Notes: generated from the letters alone by a model not told the origin. Shown: positions 32,809 through 42,681, counted from the stretch's first letter. The stretch: 64,000 nt of DNA from Polyangiaceae bacterium (GCA_044376115.1 JBILLK010000027.1:77566-141565); one strand, 5' to 3'. A program made the numbers and translations.

Positions 32809-35193
32809 TCAGGAGTTGAGCTTGATCACAGCGCCGTGGACGTCCACCACCGGGCCGCCGTCAATCTGGGCGCCTGCACCCGCGATGGTCAGGGCGCCGG
32901 CCGCCGATTGTTGCAAGCTCGCGCCGGCCGCGATCGCCAAGTTACCGCCGGAGACGGTGATGTCCCCGCCAAGGATCTCAATCAACGACGGCCCGCTGAA
33001 GGTGATGATCTCGGTGCCGTTGATAAGGATGTTCTTCGGCCCGATGGTGATGGTCGCGCCAGCGTTGACCACCACCGACTGATCGCCGAACACGGTGGTG
33101 GCCTTGGAGCTCAGCGTGGCGGTGCTCTCGGCGCGGATGTCGAACTTCTCAGCCGCGTTCATCGTCGCGCTGGGTTTGACCTTCAGCTCGTAGCCAGCGT
33201 TGGCGGTGTGCGTCGAGACCGCGGCATTGACCGTTACCGATAGACCGGTGTCGAACTGGTGGGTGGTCGCGCCGGTCACCGAGAGCTTCTGCTCGCCGCC
33301 CACGCTGAGGCCGTGATTAGCGCCGTACTGTTGTTTGACGGCCTTGGTGACGTCGACGCCCAAGGTGGAGGAGTAGGTCTGATTGACCGCCCCGCCGATG
33401 GTCTCGGTCAGCTTGCCTTCGATGCTGCGGGTCACGTCGCCGGTGACGGTGGTGGTCTGGTTCGAGAGGTAGGTCTCGGTGACGTCGCCGACTACGATGG
33501 TGGAGTACGTCTTATCGTAGGCGCGGGAGACGTTGCCGACCACGTGCTCGGATTTGTCGCCGCCGACGAACTGATCGAGGTAGGTGCCGAACGATTGGAA
33601 GCCGCTGCCGTCGGTGGAGAGCTCCACGTTGTGCCCTTGCGGGCTGGTGGCGTCGGTACCCATCCACAACATGGTGTTGGCTACCGGGGTGAACTGCTTC
33701 ATGTATTGACCGCCCGCTTGGTCCTCGATCTCGAGCCGCGAGGAGCCACCGGTTTGCAGGATGTTCTTGGTGGCGTTGGCCTGCGCTATTGGACTGGGCG
33801 TCGCGGCGTTGGGCAATACGCCAGCGATCACCGGGCGGTCCGGATCTCCGCCGAGGAAGGTGACCAGCACCTCGGTGCCTTTGCGCAACGGGAAGTGGAA
33901 GCCCTCCACCGATCCGCCGTGTGGCTGCGCCATACGTACGTAGGTGGAGGCCTTACCGCCGTTGAGGGCGCTCTCGTCGAAGTGGAACTTAATGGCATAT
34001 CGGCCCTGATCGTCGATCTGGGCGTACTGGCTATTCTCCGGGCCATCCACCACGGCGTTCTCGAAGGCGTGGATGCGCGGCCAAGCGGTGCTGCGCGTAG
34101 AGCGATATTGCGTCGCGGCGGGAATGGCCTTTAGTTTTACGCGATAGACCTCGCGGCTGCCGTCTTCGATCAGGGCGTCCAGCTCTTTGGCGCCGGCGAT
34201 GCCCCGCCCGATGTGGGTGAGCTCGGTGACCAGCCAAGCTTGATTGAGCGTGGCGCGCGGGTGGGCCTCGAGTTCGAAGGTGAAGCCGCTGCGCAAGTGA
34301 TGCACCGAGCCGCTCGCGCTGGCGACCTCTCGTTCGGCGACGATGCTCTCGGCACGGAGGTTGGCCAAGCGCTGGCCTGCTCCAGGACTAAAGAAGCGAT
34401 CTCCATAAAGCACCACCTCCGAGCTGCCGCCGCCCGGGATGGGGGCGCTGCCAGCGATTGGCAAGGCTGGGTTCTTGTAGTCGTAGTCTTTGAGCCGCAC
34501 CGAGGCGGGAGCTGTGCTGCGTTTGACCGAGAAGGTATGCAGCGCTGCCCGGCCGGACTCGTCTTCTGCTGCGGGGTGATAGTGGATGGGCCCGCGTGCG
34601 AGCGAGGCGTGCACGGCGCGGTCATCGGCGAAGACGACCTTCTCGCGGCCTTCTTCATGCTCGAAGAAGTAGTAGATGCCCTCGCGTTCGATCCAGCGGG
34701 TGATGAAATCGAGATCGCTCTCTTTGTATTGGCAGACGTGCTCTTCCGCAGGGTAATCCCCGGAGAGCCGCAGCTCGAAGTCGTCGACGCCAGCCTCGCT
34801 CAACACCGCCGCGAGGATCTGCGGCACGCTCTGTTTGGTGAAGACCCGACTGTGCAGGGATTGACTGAGCGTCCACAGCTCGGGCGCCAAGGTCACGCGG
34901 AAGACCGAGCGTTCCCCGGCGTCATCCACCAGCTCGATCGAGCGCACCACGCCGTGAAAGACGAACGGCTTGCTGAGCGCAGCGGCCAGCAAATCAGCGG
35001 GCCGTTGCACGACCTCGAGCGTGGCACGCGACCCCAGCGCATCTTCTAGATCGAGCGCGTCGGCAGCGCCGCGATGCAGTGACAGGTAGATCTCGAAGGA
35101 GAACGGCCGCGAGATCGCCTCGTGACCGCGGAAGCCCATGACGCGGGCGCTCTCGGGAAGGGCGCTACCGTGGATGACGAAGGAGTCGCTCAT
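32809..35193 (-). CDS. vgrG: type VI secretion spike protein VgrG (ORF can extend to 35217)
   Basis: GHEAISRPF, QYKESDLDF, EREGIYYFFEH, DYDY, DDQGRY, GTEVLVTFLGGDPDRP; beta-helix ending IKLN. Confidence 0.92.
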   Translation of the reverse strand: MSDSFVIHGSALPESARVMGFRGHEAISRPFSFEIYLSLHRGAADALDLEDALGSRATLEVVQRPADLLAAALSKPFVFHGVVRSIELVDDAGERSVFRVTLAPELWTLSQSLHSRVFTKQSVPQILAAVLSEAGVDDFELRLSGDYPAEEHVCQYKESDLDFITRWIEREGIYYFFEHEEGREKVVFADDRAVHASLARGPIHYHPAAEDESGRAALHTFSVKRSTAPASVRLKDYDYKNPALPIAGSAPIPGGGSSEVVLYGDRFFSPGAGQRLANLRAESIVAEREVASASGSVHHLRSGFTFELEAHPRATLNQAWLVTELTHIGRGIAGAKELDALIEDGSREVYRVKLKAIPAATQYRSTRSTAWPRIHAFENAVVDGPENSQYAQIDDQGRYAIKFHFDESALNGGKASTYVRMAQPHGGSVEGFHFPLRKGTEVLVTFLGGDPDRPVIAGVLPNAATPSPIAQANATKNILQTGGSSRLEIEDQAGGQYMKQFTPVANTMLWMGTDATSPQGHNVELSTDGSGFQSFGTYLDQFVGGDKSEHVVGNVSRAYDKTYSTIVVGDVTETYLSNQTTTVTGDVTRSIEGKLTETIGGAVNQTYSSTLGVDVTKAVKQQYGANHGLSVGGEQKLSVTGATTHQFDTGLSVTVNAAVSTHTANAGYELKVKPSATMNAAEKFDIRAESTATLSSKATTVFGDQSVVVNAGATITIGPKNILINGTEIITFSGPSLIEILGGDITVSGGNLAIAAGASLQQSAAGALTIAGAGAQIDGGPVVDVHGAVIKLNS

Positions 35194-35226
35194 ATTCGGT
35201 TCCTCTGCATGGTTCACAAACCGGGG

Positions 35227-35655
35227 TCAGATGGCGTCGATCACGATCGTTTGCAGGCGGCCTTGTTGCGCCGGATCGAAGCCGAGTCTCACGGGGCCGC
35301 GACGGGTAGCGGCCTCGCGATAGGCCGGCCCTTCAGGGCGAGAAGGAAACGGTCGCAGTGGGCCGAGCAGCGCTTCGACCTCGCTAGCTTCCACCTGGCC
35401 GGCGCCGGGCTCGAGATCGAGCACCAAGAGTGAATCGCTGCGTGAGCTGCCCCAGGCGCCGTTCTTACGCGGCTCCGGCACACGCAGCTCCACACGCTGC
35501 CAGGGCGGTTCTCCGCGAAAGGAGCGATACACGCGCAGCGTCGGGTTGGTGTTCTTCGTGTCTTCGCGCAGCGGAAGGCCGAGCAACGTCTCCACAGCAC
35601 GACGGCTGAGCGGACGCTGACGGAGCAGCTGGTCGATGGCGTTGAGGACGCTCAT
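35227..35655 (-). CDS. hypothetical protein; candidate immunity protein for the upstream VgrG extension
   Basis: ATG at 35655 overlaps the vgrG stop (ATGA); 142 aa; no signal peptide. Confidence 0.6.
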   Translation of the reverse strand: MSVLNAIDQLLRQRPLSRRAVETLLGLPLREDTKNTNPTLRVYRSFRGEPPWQRVELRVPEPRKNGAWGSSRSDSLLVLDLEPGAGQVEASEVEALLGPLRPFPSRPEGPAYREAATRRGPVRLGFDPAQQGRLQTIVIDAI

Positions 35656-38600
35656 GGCAGTAGCGGAACCGAGACGTTGGAGCCATCGGGAATGAGCAGG
35701 CTCGCGGCGTCGCCGAGCTCTTGGCGCGCTGGCCATTCGGACCAGGGGATCTCGCTGATCCCGCCGCCGTTGTTCATGATCAGCACGTTCTCATCGGTGT
35801 AGCCGACGGCGGTGCCCCAGTGCCCGGCGGTGGAGTTCCACGGCAGCGGGACCTCTTTCCCGGGGTTGTAGGCGACCATGGTGGCGACGTTGTTATCGAT
35901 GTTGGCCTTGAGCTCATCCACGCTGAGGCCCGAGCCGCTCGTCGCGGGGACGCCACTCGAGTTGAGGCCACCAGCGACAGAGCCGGGGAACCACGCGCCG
36001 TTGCTGCCCATCTCCGAGCCGGTGAAGAGCGGAAGGCCGTGGCTGATCGCCCATTGGCCGGGATCATTGTTGGCGATGGCCGGCATCACGTTACCGAGGT
36101 TGTCTTGGAAGTTGCCGCTGGCGAGCCCACCGTGGGTGCCTTGATAGAGCATGAACAGCGAAGTCGCCGAGTAGGCGCCGCAGGCGTTTTCATGCCGTCG
36201 CGAAGGATCGTTCTGATTGTCGGAGAAGGTCGCAAGCAGCTCCGGGTTCATCCCGAGCAAGCTGGTGGTGCCGTCGGGGGCAGCGGTCAGCTGATCAAAC
36301 TGCGCGAGTGCTGCCGCTGGATCTTGGTACAGCGCGCGGTCGAGCACGATGATCTTTTGCGCTAGATCCAACCCCGGCGTGCTGCCCCATTGGATCGTCC
36401 AGCCTGCGGCGAGCAGCAGCCGGATTCGTGCGGCGAGCACCGGATCGGCAGCCAAGAGTGCGTCGTATTCCGGGCCGAGCCCGCTCGTCGGGGGCGCCTC
36501 TCCGAGGTTGAGCTGAATCAACTGCGCGTGCACATCCACGATGGAACCGCCGTCGATGCGCTGCGTGGTGCCCTTCGAGATCAGCACGCCGTCCGACTTG
36601 AGGCTCAGCGTCTTGCTGGCGTTGAAGTTGATGGCGATACCGGAGAGGCGGACGTCCCCACCCTTGATCTCGATGATCGGGCCGCGAGCACGCACCAAAT
36701 CCGAGCCGCTCGCCGAGATCGACGGGGCCTTCATTTCGACCGTAGAGCCGCCGGAGATGTCCACCGTTTCATCGCCGCGCACGGTGGTCTCCGGCGAGCC
36801 GAGCTTGGCCTCGGCGCCACCACGAATCGACGTTGCAACGTCTGAATGCATACTAGCGCTGGGCGTTACGTCGAGCTTATAACCAGCATTGGCGGTGTGA
36901 ACGCTGGTCGCCGTATTGACGGTTAGCAGTAGGCCCGCCTCCAACGTTTGCTCGCCCAGGCCGCCCACCAACAGCGTCTGCTCGCCCACCACCTTCAGCT
37001 CGTGTAGCGCTTGGAAGTTCTCGGTCACGTTGGCTGTCACCGCTTGGGTCAGCGTGCCAGTGAGCGTCTTTTTGACCGCCTTGGTGACCGACTCGGTGCT
37101 GGCGCCGGTGACGGTGAGCGTGACGTTGTCGGTGATCGCCCGAGTGTGATTGGCCTGTAGCGTTTGTGCGAGATCGCCAAGTAACGTCGTGCTGTAGCTC
37201 GCGTCGTAGCCGCGCTTGACGTGGCCCTCGACCTTGTCCGACTTATCGCCGCCGACGAAGCGATCGAAGTAGGTCCCGTAGGAGAAGGCTGCGCTGCCGT
37301 TCGACGAGAACTCGGCGTTGTGTGCGCCGGGCGCGGTGCCGTCGGCGCCCAGGTACATCGAGCTGGCTTGCACCGGCACCGTCGAGTGCATGTACTGGCC
37401 GCCGCTCGCGTCTTCGATCTCGAGCCGCGTGGAGCCGCCGGTTTGCAGCACGTTCTTGGTCGCGTTCTTCTGCGTGACTGGGCTCGGGGTGAGCGCGTTG
37501 GGCATCACGCCAGCGATCACCGGTCGATCCGGATCGCCGTCCAGAAATTCGATCAGCACCTCGGTCGACTTGCGCAGCGGAAAATGAAAGCCCTCCACCG
37601 AGCCGCCGTGCGGTTGCGCCATGCGCACCCAGGTCGATGCCTGGCCGTCGCCCGAGTCCGCCTCGTCGAAGTGCAGCTTGATCGCGTAGCGACCTTGCTC
37701 GTCGATCTGGGCGTATTCGCTTTGCGCCGGCCCATCCACGGTGCCGTTCTCGAAGCCGAACACGCGCGGCCAGGGCGTTCGCTGCGGCGCGCGATAGGGG
37801 AGGTCTGCCGGCTGCGCGTCGATCTCGACCTCGTAGCTGACGCCTTGTCCGGCCTGTGCGCGACGACCAGCGTTGATGGTTTGCAATAGCTCGCGGCGCC
37901 CAGCGAAGCGACCGAGCAGCTCTCCGTCCCGGCCTTCGTGTCGCACCCGCCGCAGCAGGTAGCGTGCATCGAGCTCGGCGCGCGGGTGCTCGCTCAACTC
38001 GAAGGTGAAGCCAGCGCGCAGGTGACGGGCGTTGCCGCGGCCTTTGAGCGCCACGGCCTCGGCGCTGAGCGCTTGGGCGGCGATGCGGGCGAGCCGCTCG
38101 CCTTGGGCCTTGTCGAAGAAGCGCGCCCCATGCCGAACGACCGCGGCGAGTGACGCGCCGGAGACGTCGGAGCGGCTGCGCATCTCGAGGGCCGGACGCG
38201 CGTAGTCGTAGTCGGCCATCATCACCGAGCCGGGTTGCAGCGCTCGCGAGAGGCTGACCGCGGTCAGTGCGCGACCGCGAACGGCCCCGCCCTCGGCTGC
38301 GTGATAGCGCACGATGCCGCCGGGGATGGGCGTGTGAGCGGCGTCGTCATCGACGATCACGAGCTTCTCCGAGCTGGCCTCTTGCTCGAAATAGAAATGC
38401 AGGCCCTCACGCTCGAACCAGCGGCTGAGGAAGGCAAAATCGCTCTCTTTGTATTGGGCGACGTGCTCTTCCTTGGCGTAGTTCTGCGACAGCCGAAGCT
38501 CGAAGTCGCTGGCGCCAAAGCCCGAGCTTTGCAGCACCTCGGCGATGATCGCCGGCAGGTTGCGCTGAGTGAAGACGCGACTGTGAACGCTCTGCGTGAG

Positions 38601-38888
38601 CCGATGCATGGCTGGTGTGAGCCGCGCGCGCACGAGCGAGTGGGCTGCGCCGTCGTCGAGCGATTCCACTTCGGAGAACAGGCCGTGCACGAAGAATGGT
38701 TGCAATAGATCCGCTTCGATCAAGAGCGAGCCGCGCTGTCCCTCGAGCGCCTCCGGCTCGAAGCCGGCTTGATCGACCACGAAGGTGACCTCGAAGCTGT
38801 AGAGCTGCGAGAGCGCTTCTTCACCAACGAAGCCGAGAACCCGAGCTCCGAGCGGTAACGCTTTGCTCGTCAGGACGAACTGTTCCAT
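35652..38888 (-). CDS. vgrG: evolved VgrG with C-terminal papain-like/C39-type cysteine peptidase domain
   Basis: Full VgrG motifs up to IQLN, then ~284 extra aa with Q...NACG, GHW..AVGY and IMNN. Confidence 0.88.
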   Translation of the reverse strand: MEQFVLTSKALPLGARVLGFVGEEALSQLYSFEVTFVVDQAGFEPEALEGQRGSLLIEADLLQPFFVHGLFSEVESLDDGAAHSLVRARLTPAMHRLTQSVHSRVFTQRNLPAIIAEVLQSSGFGASDFELRLSQNYAKEEHVAQYKESDFAFLSRWFEREGLHFYFEQEASSEKLVIVDDDAAHTPIPGGIVRYHAAEGGAVRGRALTAVSLSRALQPGSVMMADYDYARPALEMRSRSDVSGASLAAVVRHGARFFDKAQGERLARIAAQALSAEAVALKGRGNARHLRAGFTFELSEHPRAELDARYLLRRVRHEGRDGELLGRFAGRRELLQTINAGRRAQAGQGVSYEVEIDAQPADLPYRAPQRTPWPRVFGFENGTVDGPAQSEYAQIDEQGRYAIKLHFDEADSGDGQASTWVRMAQPHGGSVEGFHFPLRKSTEVLIEFLDGDPDRPVIAGVMPNALTPSPVTQKNATKNVLQTGGSTRLEIEDASGGQYMHSTVPVQASSMYLGADGTAPGAHNAEFSSNGSAAFSYGTYFDRFVGGDKSDKVEGHVKRGYDASYSTTLLGDLAQTLQANHTRAITDNVTLTVTGASTESVTKAVKKTLTGTLTQAVTANVTENFQALHELKVVGEQTLLVGGLGEQTLEAGLLLTVNTATSVHTANAGYKLDVTPSASMHSDVATSIRGGAEAKLGSPETTVRGDETVDISGGSTVEMKAPSISASGSDLVRARGPIIEIKGGDVRLSGIAINFNASKTLSLKSDGVLISKGTTQRIDGGSIVDVHAQLIQLNLGEAPPTSGLGPEYDALLAADPVLAARIRLLLAAGWTIQWGSTPGLDLAQKIIVLDRALYQDPAAALAQFDQLTAAPDGTTSLLGMNPELLATFSDNQNDPSRRHENACGAYSATSLFMLYQGTHGGLASGNFQDNLGNVMPAIANNDPGQWAISHGLPLFTGSEMGSNGAWFPGSVAGGLNSSGVPATSGSGLSVDELKANIDNNVATMVAYNPGKEVPLPWNSTAGHWGTAVGYTDENVLIMNNGGGISEIPWSEWPARQELGDAASLLIPDGSNVSVPLLP

Positions 38889-39090
38889 GGCGGTGCCCCG
38901 ATGCTAGGGTGCAACGCCCCTGCAACATCGGGCGATCATCGGGCGGCGCATATTTCAGTGGTCGCAGGTGCTCCGGGTGGTGGGCAAGCCAAGTTCCACC
39001 TGGTGGTCCCCCCGCAATCCCAGCGTTATCGACCGAGAGTTCGGCGCGACGAAGACGCTATCGTGGCTCCTCGGCGCGTATAGTGGCGGT

Positions 39091-39522
39091 ATGAGCGACG
39101 ACGAAAAGCCGGAGGTCCTTCCCAGCGCCTTGACGCTTGCTTCGGGGTTCTCCTTGGCGGTTCGGCCGGGGGCCGTAGAGTCGCTCGAGCTCAAGGCGCC
39201 CGATGGGCGTGTATGTGTGCGCATCCACTTGCGCGAGGGCGGACCCGACGTCGAGATCGAGGCGGCCAACCTTTCGGTAGCAGCCAGAGGCGCGTTGCAG
39301 CTCACGGCCAAAGACGTCTCGATCGCCGCGAGCGGTGACTTCAATGTACACGCCGGTGGCGCCATGACCCTAGCCGCCGAGGGCGCCGTTCATTTGCGTG
39401 GTTACGATCATCACCTCGAGTCTACCCACGGCGACATCCACCTCGACGCCAACGACGACGTGCGCGTCGACGGCGAGCGCATCCGCCTCAATGCTCCTGA
39501 TGCTCCGCCGCTGCGTCGTTAG
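39091..39522 (+). CDS. small beta-helix protein resembling a VgrG/gp5 C-terminal needle segment
   Basis: Repeating 7-8 aa beta units ending VRVDGERIRLN; divergent from vgrG. Confidence 0.6.
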   Translation: MSDDEKPEVLPSALTLASGFSLAVRPGAVESLELKAPDGRVCVRIHLREGGPDVEIEAANLSVAARGALQLTAKDVSIAASGDFNVHAGGAMTLAAEGAVHLRGYDHHLESTHGDIHLDANDDVRVDGERIRLNAPDAPPLRR

Positions 39523-39631
39523 CGACCTTGTTGACTGCACAGGTGTCACGCGCCCATCGAATCGACTGCGGCAGGTGACTCAGTTTGAAACAATCTCAGC
39601 CACCTAGCTTGGATCTGATTACGCTGACCGA

Positions 39632-41686
39632 GTGGATACGTGGCGAGCACCGTCGATCAGGTCCTTGCGCGTCGTCGGGGGAGCGCTAGCGGCCACCTAC
39701 GCGGTGATGCTCGTCATCCACGGGCTGGATTTGCGCCGCTCCGGTGCGTTGCCTGGCTTTCTCAGCTCGCTCGCGACCTTGCTGTTGCTGCTCGGGGCGT
39801 TGACGTTCGTACGCCGTCGCGAGCTTAGTGTTGCAACGGCCAATGGCTTGCACGCTGGCTTCGCCGCGCTGGTACTGGGCAATGTCGCGCTCCACTACTT
39901 TACGGCGCGCGACCCGAGCGTGGCGGCGATGTTCATCTTCTACTGCTTGGGGGTGGGCGGGGTGCTCTACCACCGAGCCGCCTTACTGGGCCTGTTGCTA
40001 CTCGCCTATGGCAGTTGGCTCGGGGCGACGCTCATTGCGGTTCCTCACGCCAATGCGCTGCGCGACGGTCTGACGATCGCGACCTCCACCGGGCTCGGCT
40101 ACGTCCTTTATCTCGCGCGCATGCGCGCCATCCTCCACACCGACAAACTGCGCCGCGAGGCTGAGCGACGGCGGACAGCGGCTGAGGAAGCGCTGCTGGC
40201 TGTGCAACGCCTGCAAAAGAGCTTGGTGGAGGTGGTTGGGCAGACGCCGGAAGGCATGGTGGTGCATCGCCAAGGGCGGGTGCTATTCGCCAATCGCAGC
40301 TTTGCCGATTTGTTCTTGCTCGGTCCGGCGGAGGGCTTGATTGGTACTCAGCTGGCTATGCTGATGCAGCTCGACGAGCCAGCGGAACTGAGTAAGCCCA
40401 TGCCCCCGCGCGAGCTTCGCAGCCGACGTCGGGATGGTGCGGCGGTGATGTTGGAAGTGGGGTCCACCGAGCTCGAGTGGGAGCAGCAGCCCGCCATCTT
40501 GCTCTCGGTGCGCGACGTAACCGTGCGTCATTCGGCCACCGAGGCGCGGCTCGCCCAGGCGGACAAGCTGCTATCGCTCGGGCGCTTGGCGGCCAGCGCA
40601 GCGCACGAAATCAATAACCCGTTAAGCTACGTAATCGGCAATCTGAACGAGCTCGAGCGCAAAGGTTTGAGCGATGATTCGCGCCGTTTGGTGGACGACG
40701 CGACACAAGGGGCGCAGCGCGTTCGAGCGATCGTTACCAGCCTTACTGCCTTTGCGCGCTCCGAGCGCGCGACCTCGCACAGCAGCTCGCTCACGCTCTG
40801 TATGGAGGCAGCGCTCACCGCAGTGAGCCAGGAACTCACCGGGCTAGCGCAGCTCGAAATCAAGCGTCGCTTCGAGTCGGAGCTATGCGTCAACGCCGAC
40901 CCACCCATCATCGAACAACTGTTCGTCAAGCTGCTCAGCAACGCAGCCCACGCGCTACGCGGGCGCGTGGGCGCGCAGCTTTCGTTGAGCATCGAGGAGC
41001 TGGAGGGCCAGGCGCAGGTTACGGTGGCGGACAACGGCGCAGGCATGAGCGCCGCGGTGCAAAAGCGCTTGTTCGAGCCGTTCTTCAGCACCAAGTCGGT
41101 CGGCGAGGGGACCGGCCTGGGGCTCTTTTACGCGCATAGCGTAGTGCAGAATCTCGGCGGCACGCTCTCGGTGGTGAGCGCACCCGATCGCGGGACGACC
41201 TTCACTGTTCGCCTGCCAATGAGCCGTTCGAGCGTTACCGACGCGCCTGCTCCTCGAACCGACGCGCCTGAAGCACCGCCGATCGGGCGCGACGTCTTGA
41301 TCATCGATGATGACGCGCTGGTCGCACGCAGTCTCGCGCGACGCTTGCGCGAGCATTCGGTCGAGATCGCTGATTCAGGCGAACGTGGGCTCGAGCGCAT
41401 GCGTCAACGCTCCTTCGATTGTGTGCTTTGCGATCTGATGATGCCGGGGCTCGACGGGCCTGGCGTTCATGCGCGAGCTGTTTTGCTGGGCCAGGCGCAC
41501 AAGCTCATATTTGTAACCGGAGGTGCGTTCACGCCCGCTGGCGAGCAGTTCCTCGCCTCGGTCAAGAACCCAGTGCTCAGCAAGCCCGTGGATCTTAAGG
41601 CTTTGCGCCAAACGATTGAAGAGGTTGCGCGGCTGAAAAACCAGCCTCCCAAGGAGCGAGCCGATCGCGCTACCCTGGAGGGATGA
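39632..41686 (+). CDS. membrane PAS hybrid sensor histidine kinase/response regulator
   Basis: About 6 TMs, PAS, AHEINNPL, DNGAG, FSTK..GEGTGLGL, receiver IIDDD...CDLMMP...KP. Confidence 0.92.
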   Translation: MDTWRAPSIRSLRVVGGALAATYAVMLVIHGLDLRRSGALPGFLSSLATLLLLLGALTFVRRRELSVATANGLHAGFAALVLGNVALHYFTARDPSVAAMFIFYCLGVGGVLYHRAALLGLLLLAYGSWLGATLIAVPHANALRDGLTIATSTGLGYVLYLARMRAILHTDKLRREAERRRTAAEEALLAVQRLQKSLVEVVGQTPEGMVVHRQGRVLFANRSFADLFLLGPAEGLIGTQLAMLMQLDEPAELSKPMPPRELRSRRRDGAAVMLEVGSTELEWEQQPAILLSVRDVTVRHSATEARLAQADKLLSLGRLAASAAHEINNPLSYVIGNLNELERKGLSDDSRRLVDDATQGAQRVRAIVTSLTAFARSERATSHSSSLTLCMEAALTAVSQELTGLAQLEIKRRFESELCVNADPPIIEQLFVKLLSNAAHALRGRVGAQLSLSIEELEGQAQVTVADNGAGMSAAVQKRLFEPFFSTKSVGEGTGLGLFYAHSVVQNLGGTLSVVSAPDRGTTFTVRLPMSRSSVTDAPAPRTDAPEAPPIGRDVLIIDDDALVARSLARRLREHSVEIADSGERGLERMRQRSFDCVLCDLMMPGLDGPGVHARAVLLGQAHKLIFVTGGAFTPAGEQFLASVKNPVLSKPVDLKALRQTIEEVARLKNQPPKERADRATLEG

Positions 41687-42654
41687 TGCCGTCGCTTGCG
41701 CGCTGTCTTCCCCTAGGACTTGTTTGCGTACTCGGTTGCTTCGTCGACGTGAACGGCCCGGTTGAGTCGGGTGGTGCGCCGACTACCACGTCGAACGGCG
41801 GCGGCGGCTCGAGCGCCGGCGGTAGTCCCGTGGTTGGCGGCGGCCCGAGCGCTGGCGGCGGCGCAACCGGCGGGATGGGCGGCGATGGTGGTGCAGTAGG
41901 CGGCGCAGGTGGAATGGGCGGCGCAGGTGGAATGGGCGGCGCAGGCGGAATGGGCGGCGCAGGTGGAATGGGCGGCGCAGGTGGAGCGGGTGGCGCAGGT
42001 GGTTGCAACAACCATTTCTTGGACTTCGACGTAGCCGCGGTCACTGCGACTGTGGCTCCCAATGCGATCCTCAACATGGGCATGGTCAACGATTTCGCCT
42101 GGGGGGCCCGTGTGCGAGCCGACGCGGACCTCAAGTTCACTACTGCTCCGGATGGAGACTCCAGTGTGATCTTGCGGCGTATGAACGCGGCGAACCAGGG
42201 TTACGTGCTCGACCTATTTGAGAAGGACGGCGGCATGCATGTCCGCGCGACGGTCCGCGGGCTCCCGATGGATTGTGAGGTCGTGGACACGATGCCGCTG
42301 ATGACGAACGAATGGACGCGTATCAAGGCGTTCTACAAAAAGAATGGAAATCCGGATCTCGTGTTGACCGTCGAGGGGCACCCTCTCATTCCTGGTGTTG
42401 ATTGCGGTAACTCCGACATCGTCGTGCCGACGGACGCTCCGATCGAGATCGGCCACTCAATCGTTCTGAATACCAACTTCTTGGGCGACCTCGATGACCT
42501 GTTTCTCCGCAAGAAGGATGTTGAGATCGCCTGCGCGGACACCGACCTTAAAGTCCGCTACTCCCTCGAGCCGAATGGACTTCCCGATAACGACTGTTCG
42601 ACCGGACTCCCAATCTCGCTCATGGGTGGCCTCACCGTTGAGTGCGAGCAATAG
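41683..42654 (+). CDS. Gly-rich lipoprotein with LamG/concanavalin-A-like domain
   Basis: VLGC lipobox, GGMGGA repeats, NEWTRI...LTVEG...IEIG...FLGDLDDL pattern. Confidence 0.7.
   Translation: MMPSLARCLPLGLVCVLGCFVDVNGPVESGGAPTTTSNGGGGSSAGGSPVVGGGPSAGGGATGGMGGDGGAVGGAGGMGGAGGMGGAGGMGGAGGMGGAGGAGGAGGCNNHFLDFDVAAVTATVAPNAILNMGMVNDFAWGARVRADADLKFTTAPDGDSSVILRRMNAANQGYVLDLFEKDGGMHVRATVRGLPMDCEVVDTMPLMTNEWTRIKAFYKKNGNPDLVLTVEGHPLIPGVDCGNSDIVVPTDAPIEIGHSIVLNTNFLGDLDDLFLRKKDVEIACADTDLKVRYSLEPNGLPDNDCSTGLPISLMGGLTVECEQ
41899..41985 (+). repeat. 18-bp in-frame tandem repeat (GGCGGCGCAGGTGGAATG), 4 full copies plus 1 partial
   Basis: Read directly; encodes GGAGGM units. Confidence 0.9.
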
Positions 42655-42681
42655 CGCACTGTCCGGCCCTCCTCTTGACGC

